Positions 56,929-64,000 of a stretch of DNA of 64,000 nt are shown here, in pieces. Source of the stretch: Bacteroidales bacterium (GTDB lineage Bacteria > Bacteroidota > Bacteroidia > Bacteroidales > UBA10428); contig JAWOHT010000007.1 in NCBI GenBank assembly GCA_046485045.1, forward strand, positions 1,747 through 65,746, written 5' to 3'. The notes under the pieces are model-generated. The model saw nothing but the letters and a program-made list of their open reading frames with translations, was not told where the DNA came from and did no database searches. A program made the translations under genes and the position numbers. Within the stretch, counting starts at the first letter, position 1, and each line of letters starts with the position of its first letter.

Positions 56929-58377
56929 ATGATCAATCTCAAAATTGTAGGTCTTGTACTGGGAATACTATTAATTATCGAAGGTTTCTTCATGCTGTTT
57001 TCGGTACCGGTATCATTGATTTACAAAGAACAAGACTTCTGGCAGATTACCCTTGCCTGCTTGCTGACCATCGGGGTTGGCGCTGCTTTGTACCTTAGCT
57101 TCAGAAAATCGAGCAAAGAAATAGGAACACGCGAAGGATATATCATCGTAAGCCTCGGATGGGTTGTAGCTTCTTTATTCGGTGCGCTTCCATTTTACTT
57201 TACCGGCGCAATTCCTTCATATACCGACGCTTTTTTTGAAACCATGTCGGGATTTACCACCACGGGCGCATCTATATTGAATGATATAGAAGCACTGTCG
57301 CACGGACTGCTTTTGTGGAGGAGCACCACACAATGGCTCGGCGGTATGGGAATTATCGTATTAACGCTTGTGATATTGCCTGTGCTGGGTTTTGGTGGCA
57401 TGCAACTTTTTTTTGCCGAGGTTCCTGGAATTTCATCTGATAAACTCCACCCCAGAATCAAAGAAACAGCAAAACGGCTTTGGGGTATTTACGTGGTATT
57501 CACCTTTGCAGAAATTATATTGCTTACTGCAGGGGGAATGGACCTGTTCGACTCGGTATGCCACTCTTTTACCACACTTGCAACCGGTGGATATTCCACG
57601 AAAAATGCCAGCATCGCACATTATTCCTCCCCTTATATCCAGTACGTGATTATTTTCTTTATGTATCTGGCTGGGATAAATTTTACACTGTCATACTTTG
57701 CACTTAAACTAAAGTTCAAGCCTTTCTTTAAAGATGAAGAGTTCAGGAAATATACCTTCTTTATACTGTTTTTCTCTTTGGTTATTACTGTCATTTTGGT
57801 GGTAAGCAATGACCAGCCGCTCGAAAAATCTTTTCGCGATGCTTTGTTTCAGGTAGTTTCAATAATTACAACCACAGGATTTGTTACTTCAGACTACCTC
57901 AAATGGTTACCTATCGGATCGGTGATCTTATTTGCGTTGATGTTTTTCGGGGGATCAACAGGTTCTACCGGTGGCGGCATGAAAATTGCCAGGATTGTCT
58001 TATTGCTCAAGAACAGCAGTCTCGAACTAAAACGATTGATACACCCCAATGCCGTAATACCGGTAAGGCTTAATAATCAGGCCATTTCACCCCAGACCAT
58101 GACAAACGTACTGGCTTTTGCCTCTTTCTATGTTCTTATTGTGATGGCAAGTGTTATTATTGTATCGTTCATGGGGTACGATCTTGATACCTCATTCGGC
58201 GCTGTAGTAACTTCTATTGGCAATATCGGACCGGGAATCGGGGAAGTGGGCCCTATGTTCAATTTTTCTCATTTTCCTGCGATAGGTAAATGGTTTTTAT
58301 CGTTCCTTATGCTTATTGGTCGCCTTGAACTGTTTACCGTGCTAATCTTATTCAGCCGCCATTTCTGGAAGAATTAA
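56929..58377 (+). CDS. trkH: Trk/Ktr-type potassium transporter membrane subunit TrkH
   Basis: 482-aa polytopic protein. Selectivity-filter-like repeats MSGFTTTGAS, LATGGYST, TTTGFVT, GSTGGGMK. Confidence 0.88.
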   Translation: MINLKIVGLVLGILLIIEGFFMLFSVPVSLIYKEQDFWQITLACLLTIGVGAALYLSFRKSSKEIGTREGYIIVSLGWVVASLFGALPFYFTGAIPSYTDAFFETMSGFTTTGASILNDIEALSHGLLLWRSTTQWLGGMGIIVLTLVILPVLGFGGMQLFFAEVPGISSDKLHPRIKETAKRLWGIYVVFTFAEIILLTAGGMDLFDSVCHSFTTLATGGYSTKNASIAHYSSPYIQYVIIFFMYLAGINFTLSYFALKLKFKPFFKDEEFRKYTFFILFFSLVITVILVVSNDQPLEKSFRDALFQVVSIITTTGFVTSDYLKWLPIGSVILFALMFFGGSTGSTGGGMKIARIVLLLKNSSLELKRLIHPNAVIPVRLNNQAISPQTMTNVLAFASFYVLIVMASVIIVSFMGYDLDTSFGAVVTSIGNIGPGIGEVGPMFNFSHFPAIGKWFLSFLMLIGRLELFTVLILFSRHFWKN

Positions 58378-58395
58378 AAAAGAGGCTCCTTCAGG

Positions 58396-59007
58396 TTATT
58401 TTATAATACCCATACCCTGCCTTACAATAACAGGTTCATCACCGGTGCAGTCAATAACCGTAGAGGGCTGGTTGTTACCAAACCCTCCGTCAATAACGCA
58501 ATCTACAAGTTTTTCATACTGTATATGGATGAGTTCAGGATCGGTAGTATAATCAAGTATTTCATCCTCATCGTGAATAGATGTTGTAAGAACAGGATTG
58601 CCAAGCTCTTTAACTATTTGCCTTATAATATTATTATCGGGTATTCTTATACCTATGGTCTTTTTTTTGCTCCTGAATATTTTGGGTATATTGCTGTTGG
58701 CTTCAAGGATAAAAGTGTACGGACCTGGGACATGTTGTTTGATGAGTTTAAAAACAGAATTACTTATAGGTCTGGTATAGTCTGATAAATGACTGACATC
58801 TTGAAAAATAAATGAAAAATTGGCTTTTTCGATCCTGATACCTTTTACCTGGGCAACCCGGTCAATAGCTTTCTGCCTGGTGATATCGCATCCGATTCCA
58901 TACACGGTATCTGTGGGAAATATTATAATTCCCGAATCCCTCAGCATAGAAACCACCTGGTTAATCTGCCTGTCATTAGGGTTATCGGGATGGATATTTA
59001 TCAGCAT
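58396..59007 (-). CDS. L-threonylcarbamoyladenylate synthase family protein (YrdC/Sua5/YciO)
   Basis: 203 aa. IIFPTDTVYGIGCD, GPYTFIL, IGIRIPDN, STVID motifs of the YrdC fold. Confidence 0.8.
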   Translation of the reverse strand: MLINIHPDNPNDRQINQVVSMLRDSGIIIFPTDTVYGIGCDITRQKAIDRVAQVKGIRIEKANFSFIFQDVSHLSDYTRPISNSVFKLIKQHVPGPYTFILEANSNIPKIFRSKKKTIGIRIPDNNIIRQIVKELGNPVLTTSIHDEDEILDYTTDPELIHIQYEKLVDCVIDGGFGNNQPSTVIDCTGDEPVIVRQGMGIIK

Positions 59008-59266
59008 GGCTTTGAAAAATAAAGGTCAAAGATAAGAAAATAATTAAGCACTCATGCTTTAAACGCTTAGAGCCATAATGTTTAAAGCTGAATACTAATA
59101 AATTATAAATAGAACTTGAAAGACCCTGTTCTCGTTTGCCCTAAGTAACTGCTTAATTATCATTTTAAACAACTTGCATTGAGTTCCCAATAAATGTTAA
59201 ATAAGTCTCGTTTTTCACTCAATTTTTTGTATTTTCGCAACATTTAAAAAATAAATACAGCTGGCC

Positions 59267-60742
59267 ATGTCTAAATTTACCGACAGAATAGTTTCCGAAG
59301 GCCTAACCTTTGACGATGTGTTGCTCGTACCCTCTTACTCGGAGGTACTGCCCAAAGATGTTGACCTAACTACCAGACTTTCAAGAAATATTATCTTAAA
59401 CACGCCCATAGTTTCTGCGGCGATGGATACTGTCTCTGAGGCCAACCTTGCCATTGCCATTGCCAGGGAAGGCGGACTGGGAGTGATACATAAAAACATG
59501 AGTATCGAAAACCAGGCAAAGCAGGTAAAGATTGTTAAACGGGCTGAAAATGGAATGATTTTCGACCCCATAACCATCGAAAAAGACCTTACTGTTGCTG
59601 ATGCCCTTAGCCTGATGAAAGAGTTTAAGATCGGCGGTATTCCGGTGGTTGACAGCAAGCACAGGCTCATTGGCATTGTCACAAACAGAGACCTTCGTTT
59701 TGAAAAAAAACTTGACAGACCGATAAGCGAGGTAATGACCCACGAAAACCTCATCACTACAAAAGTTGAGGTAAACCTTGAAGAGGCTTCAAATATCCTG
59801 CAGAATTATAAAATTGAAAAACTGCCTGTGGTAGATGAAAACCAGCGATTGATAGGCCTTATCACCTATAAAGATATAACCAAAGCCAAAGATAGGCCCT
59901 TTTCGTGCAAAGACAGTATGGGAAGGCTTCGTGTAGGGGCGGCTGTAGGGGTTACCAAAGACTCAATAGACCGAATCGAAGCGCTGGTAAAAGCAGATGT
60001 AGATGCAATATTTATTGATACCGCACACGGCCATACACACAATGTTATAGAACTGCTGAAACAGGCTAAAAAAGCATTTCCAGATAAAGATTTTATAATC
60101 GGCAACATTGCTACGGCAGAAGCTGCCTTAGATCTCGCCAATGCCGGGGCAGATGCGGTAAAGGTAGGTATTGGCCCCGGGTCAATATGCACTACCCGGG
60201 TGATCGCAGGCATAGGTGTTCCGCAACTCTCTGCAATATTCGATGTAGCCCAGGCGTTAAAAGGTAAGAATATACCCATTATTGCCGATGGAGGTATCAG
60301 GTACTCGGGAGACATTACCAAAGCGCTTGCAGCAGGCGCCAATTCTATAATGGCAGGATCGTTGTTTGCCGGTGTTGATGAGTCGCCCGGAGAAACAATT
60401 ATCTTTAACGGCAGAAAATACAAAACTTACAGGGGCATGGGTTCTATCGAAGCAATGCAACAGGGATCGGGTGACAGGTATTTTCAGGATTCGGATGAAG
60501 ATGCGAAAAAGCTGGTACCCGAGGGTATTGTTGCCAGGGTGCCTTATAAAGGATTGCTGTCAGAAGTGATCTTCCAGCTAATCGGTGGTCTCAGGGCAGG
60601 TATGGGCTATTGCGGGGCCAAAAACATAGAGGCGCTTTGGGATGCCAAATTTGTAAGGATAACCAATTCGGGGTTGTTTGAAAGCCATCCGCACGATGTG
60701 TCTATAACCCGCGAAGCGCCAAATTACAGTCGAGAAAACTAA
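59267..60742 (+). CDS. guaB: IMP dehydrogenase
   Basis: 491 aa. LTFDDVLLVP, tandem CBS domains, catalytic loop GIGPGSICTTR, GGIRYSGD, YRGMGS. Confidence 0.95.
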   Translation: MSKFTDRIVSEGLTFDDVLLVPSYSEVLPKDVDLTTRLSRNIILNTPIVSAAMDTVSEANLAIAIAREGGLGVIHKNMSIENQAKQVKIVKRAENGMIFDPITIEKDLTVADALSLMKEFKIGGIPVVDSKHRLIGIVTNRDLRFEKKLDRPISEVMTHENLITTKVEVNLEEASNILQNYKIEKLPVVDENQRLIGLITYKDITKAKDRPFSCKDSMGRLRVGAAVGVTKDSIDRIEALVKADVDAIFIDTAHGHTHNVIELLKQAKKAFPDKDFIIGNIATAEAALDLANAGADAVKVGIGPGSICTTRVIAGIGVPQLSAIFDVAQALKGKNIPIIADGGIRYSGDITKALAAGANSIMAGSLFAGVDESPGETIIFNGRKYKTYRGMGSIEAMQQGSGDRYFQDSDEDAKKLVPEGIVARVPYKGLLSEVIFQLIGGLRAGMGYCGAKNIEALWDAKFVRITNSGLFESHPHDVSITREAPNYSREN

Positions 60743-60761
60743 TAAACTAAAATATCAAACC

Positions 60762-62717
60762 ATGAAGAGATACATTAAATTTTTGATTGTTTTTGCATCT
60801 ATACCATTTGCAATCATTTCAGGCCAGGGAGACGAAATTCTGCTTACAATAGGCGATGAAAAGGTAAGTCGTGAAGAATTTGAGCGGATATACAGGAAAA
60901 ATAACACCTCAACCGTCTACGACAACAAAGGTGTGGAGGATTATCTTCAGTTATTCATAAATTTTAAACTTAAAGTTACCGAAGCCGAAAGACTGGGATA
61001 CGATACCTTATCATCATTCATCAACGAGCTTGCAGGGTACCGCGAACAGCTGGCAAAACCTTATCTCGAAGACAAAGAATCACAGAACCTTTTGCTTGAA
61101 GAAGCTTATTACAGGTCGGTGAACGAAGTTTCTGCCAGCCATATCCTGCTGCGTTTAGAACCAGATGCTGCTCCGTCTGACACCTTGCTTATATACAACC
61201 AGATGCTCGGCATTAGAAACAGGATAACAAAGGGTGAACCCTTTGACAAGGTTGCCCGTGAAGAATCCGAAGACCCTTCGGCACAGAAAAGCGGTGGCCA
61301 TCTTGGATGGTTCTCGGCATTTCAGATGATATATCCTTTTGAAACAGTAGCTTACAACACAAAAGTAGGTGATGTCTCAATGCCTTTCCGTACAAGGTTC
61401 GGATACCATATCATAAAAGTTGAAAACAAGCGGCCTTCACAGGGTAAGGTCAGACTGGCACATATCATGGTGCTTGGCAATGAAGAGGACCCAACTGCCC
61501 GCAGTGAAGGAGAAAAAAAGGTTTATGAATGCTATGAAAAGTTGAAAAATGGTGAAGATTTTGTAAAACTTGCAGCCGAATACTCCGATGACAAAAACAG
61601 TTCATCAAACGGGGGCGACCTAAACTGGATAAGGTCTGGAGTTATTCCCGATTATCTTGAAAAAGTGATTTTCAGCCTGAAAGACAGCGGAGATTTTTCC
61701 GAACCACAACCTACTGAATATGGCTGGCACATATTCAGGCTATTGGGTAAAACACCAGTTGAATCGTTCGAAGAATTGAAAGCCGATCTTGAAAGTAAAG
61801 TCTCAAAAGACAACAGGAATACAGTAAACGAAAAGCTTCTTGTTGAACGTGTTAAGAATGAGTATGACTTTAAGCTTTACGAAGAAAACCTTCAACCCGT
61901 AAAGGAAATGCTTGATGATTCGGTATTTATCGGAAAATGGGACCCTTCGGTTGCCTTAGACCTTACCGACCCGGTTATATCATTTACCAACAGTAATTAT
62001 ACCCAGTATGATTTTGCCAGGTACATTGCCGACCAAAAAGCTTACAAAACCGGATATACCTACGAAGACATAATAAATACAAGGCTTCAGGATTTCATTC
62101 GTGCAAAAGCTATTGAGTACGAGAAAAGCCAACTTGAATCTAAATATCCTGACTTTAAACATCTTATGAAAGAGTATCACGATGGCATCTTACTATTTAA
62201 CCTTACCGATGAGCTGGTTTGGAGCAAAGCCATGAAAGATACTGCAGGACTCGAACAATTTCATGAAAAAAACAAAAGCAATTACATGTGGAAAGAACGT
62301 ATCAGCCTTTCAACATACACATTTCAGGATTCATTACTTTCAAAAAAGATATTGAAACTTGCCGGAAAAAGGATGAAAAAGCCAATGACCCCGCAACAGG
62401 TGCAGAAGCTGATTTGTAAAAACGATACCATTGCATGTGTTGACGTTGAAGACAGAAAACTTGAAAAGGATGATATGAAAAACCTTTCAGATATTGCCTG
62501 GCAAAAAGGGGTTATCGTTACAAAAAAAGACAATGGCAAATTTAAAGTAATGGCTGTAAATGACATAATTCAGCCAGAGCCCAAAAAATTGAGTGAGGCA
62601 AGGGGACTAATAACCGCCGATTATCAAACATACCTTGAACAGGAATGGATCAAAGTGCTCCGTGAAAAATATACCATTGAGGTTAATCAGGAGGTACTTA
62701 AAAAAGTAGTTCAATGA
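60762..62717 (+). CDS. periplasmic peptidyl-prolyl isomerase with two parvulin (PpiC) domains, SurA/PpiD-like
   Basis: 651 aa with a signal peptide. Two rotamase blocks: SASHILL...GGHLGWFSAFQMIYPFE...GYHIIKV and RLAHIMV...GGDLNWIRSG...GWHIFRLL. Confidence 0.8.
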   Translation: MKRYIKFLIVFASIPFAIISGQGDEILLTIGDEKVSREEFERIYRKNNTSTVYDNKGVEDYLQLFINFKLKVTEAERLGYDTLSSFINELAGYREQLAKPYLEDKESQNLLLEEAYYRSVNEVSASHILLRLEPDAAPSDTLLIYNQMLGIRNRITKGEPFDKVAREESEDPSAQKSGGHLGWFSAFQMIYPFETVAYNTKVGDVSMPFRTRFGYHIIKVENKRPSQGKVRLAHIMVLGNEEDPTARSEGEKKVYECYEKLKNGEDFVKLAAEYSDDKNSSSNGGDLNWIRSGVIPDYLEKVIFSLKDSGDFSEPQPTEYGWHIFRLLGKTPVESFEELKADLESKVSKDNRNTVNEKLLVERVKNEYDFKLYEENLQPVKEMLDDSVFIGKWDPSVALDLTDPVISFTNSNYTQYDFARYIADQKAYKTGYTYEDIINTRLQDFIRAKAIEYEKSQLESKYPDFKHLMKEYHDGILLFNLTDELVWSKAMKDTAGLEQFHEKNKSNYMWKERISLSTYTFQDSLLSKKILKLAGKRMKKPMTPQQVQKLICKNDTIACVDVEDRKLEKDDMKNLSDIAWQKGVIVTKKDNGKFKVMAVNDIIQPEPKKLSEARGLITADYQTYLEQEWIKVLREKYTIEVNQEVLKKVVQ

Positions 62718-62756
62718 CTATTCAAATAAACAGGTTTTTTAAACTGACAACGCACA

Positions 62757-63614
62757 ATGATTAGCTTGAAAATAAAAGCAGCGGTTATCGTGCTGGCTGT
62801 TATGGCTGCCAGCGGGTGTAAACACAGCAAGAATACACCCGCTGAATCGCCTGTAGTAAGGGTTTTTGACAAGTATCTGTATCCAGGCGATCTGGATAAT
62901 GTTATACCCGACAACATTTCAAAATCAGACAGTACAATCCTGGCCAATGACTATATTGACAAATGGGTGCGAAAACAATTATTGCTTCGCCGTGCCGAGC
63001 TGAACCTAACCGAAGATGAAAAAAATGTAGATGAACAACTCGAAAACTACAGGTCGTCATTGCTTATATTTAAATATGAACAAAGCCTGATAAAGCAAAA
63101 ACTTGATACCATTATTGATATATCTGAGATAAAAAATTATTACAATGACTACCCTGCCAATTTTCTGTTAAATGAAAATCTTGTTAAAGCGTTATTTATT
63201 AAAGTGCCAAAAACAGCGCCAAACATTTGGGAATTACGATTGTGGTACAGGTCTGAGAATGAGGAGTACCTGAAAAATCTTGAAGCATACACATTTAAGT
63301 ATGCCGAAAAATACGAGTATTACAATGATGACTGGGTAAATTTTGCTGAAATAGAAAAAGACCTGCCTCACAGGATTGATAATCCGCAAAATCTGTTAAA
63401 ATACCGTAAGAATTACGAAGTAAAAGATTCGAGTCATTATTATTTTCTTAATCTCAAAGATTACAGGCTTGTTGGCAGCGTAGCCCCGCTAAGCTATGTA
63501 ATGGAAGATATCCGCACGATCATTATGAACAAAAGAAAAATTCAACTTATCAACAGGCTCGAGTCAAATATCTACAACGATGCCCTCAACAAAGACTATT
63601 TTACAATTTATTAA
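62757..63614 (+). CDS. hypothetical lipoprotein (SurA-N-like chaperone module?)
   Basis: 285 aa with a lipoprotein signal (VMAASGCKHS). Helical N-terminal region DYIDKWVRKQLLLRRA resembles SurA_N. No parvulin motif seen. Confidence 0.45.
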   Translation: MISLKIKAAVIVLAVMAASGCKHSKNTPAESPVVRVFDKYLYPGDLDNVIPDNISKSDSTILANDYIDKWVRKQLLLRRAELNLTEDEKNVDEQLENYRSSLLIFKYEQSLIKQKLDTIIDISEIKNYYNDYPANFLLNENLVKALFIKVPKTAPNIWELRLWYRSENEEYLKNLEAYTFKYAEKYEYYNDDWVNFAEIEKDLPHRIDNPQNLLKYRKNYEVKDSSHYYFLNLKDYRLVGSVAPLSYVMEDIRTIIMNKRKIQLINRLESNIYNDALNKDYFTIY

Positions 63615-63623
63615 TTAAACATC

Positions 63624-64000
63624 ATGCAAAGGTTATTTGTATCGTTTTTCATCATATTTTTCAATATGCAGTTACATGCCCAGAGTGTCATCGTTGATGA
63701 GATTGTTGCTGTAATCGGGGATAAAAAGATACTGTTCTCTGAAATAGAAAGAGAATACGCAAATATGCTGCAACAAGGCCAGGATCCATACGATGGGCTT
63801 CGTTGCAGTATTCTTGAAGGACTGCTTACACAGAAATTAATGGTAAACCAGGCCCAGGTCGACAGTATTGAGGTAACAGAACTTCAGGTAGAGGGCGCGC
63901 TAGATCAAAGAATGCAATACTTTATTAACCAGATTGGTTCCGAAGAAAAACTTGAGGCATACTTCAACAAATCTGTTCTTGAAATAAAAGACGATAACAG
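63624..64000 (+). CDS. SurA-like periplasmic chaperone/PPIase, N-terminal part (continues beyond window)
   Basis: Not in the track because there is no stop in the window. ATG at 63624. MQRLFVSFFIIFFNMQLHAQSVIVDEIVAVIGDKKILFSEIE...LTQKLMVNQAQVDSIEV... is typical of the SurA N-terminal domain. Confidence 0.7.
   Translation, partial: MQRLFVSFFIIFFNMQLHAQSVIVDEIVAVIGDKKILFSEIEREYANMLQQGQDPYDGLRCSILEGLLTQKLMVNQAQVDSIEVTELQVEGALDQRMQYFINQIGSEEKLEAYFNKSVLEIKDDN

Noticed and set aside
59335-60423. 140-aa and 185-aa minus-strand ORFs inside guaB, and similar ORFs inside nqr, ccsBA, trkA and the DHOD-like gene
   Set aside because: Antisense shadows of highly conserved housekeeping genes.
1-64000. Looked for CRISPR arrays, transposases/IS ends, prophage genes, toxin-antitoxin pairs and known defence-system hallmarks (large ATPase/nuclease/reverse-transcriptase ORFs)
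   Set aside because: None was found by reading the ORF translations and the intergenic regions. The only repeats seen are the two hairpin copies in rnpB and the 15-bp coding repeat.

Overview
64-kb chromosomal segment with Bacteroidota hallmarks: a T9SS C-terminal sorting domain, TAnnTTTG-type promoter boxes, beta-propeller/Y_Y_Y sensor kinases, and a ResB-CcsA fusion. The content is mostly core energy metabolism and housekeeping. It holds a complete Na+-translocating NADH:quinone oxidoreductase operon with its flavin transferase (nqrABCDEF-apbE, 6170-13172). It also holds a soluble NAD-reducing [NiFe] hydrogenase operon (hoxFUYH-hoxW, 39253-44279). That operon is divergent from a 1494-aa hybrid sensor kinase, which is followed on the same strand by hypF-hypC-hypD (30656-34222). 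Other genes are ccsBA, msrA, queA, comEC, trkAH, guaB, a YrdC/Sua5 gene, three SurA/PpiC-type chaperone genes, tRNA-Gly(CCC) and tRNA-Thr(CGT). The ORF track misses three things: an RNase P RNA (27793-28233, minus strand), a multi-PAS gene running off the left edge, and a SurA-like gene running off the right edge. Five sensory proteins are present, including one PP2C phosphatase and one hybrid kinase with a degenerate ATPase domain. I found no transposase, integrase, CRISPR array, toxin-antitoxin pair or recognisable defence system, so this looks like an ordinary core region rather than an accessory island. The most notable items are: two near-identical hairpin modules inside rnpB; an internal relic of alanine dehydrogenase between the kinase and hypF; the split hyp/kinase/hox layout; a small AT-rich operon of one OM beta-barrel plus two IPT/TIG lipoprotein paralogs; and a pair of unassignable secreted proteins. 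All family assignments are by-eye motif recognition, and no searches were run.
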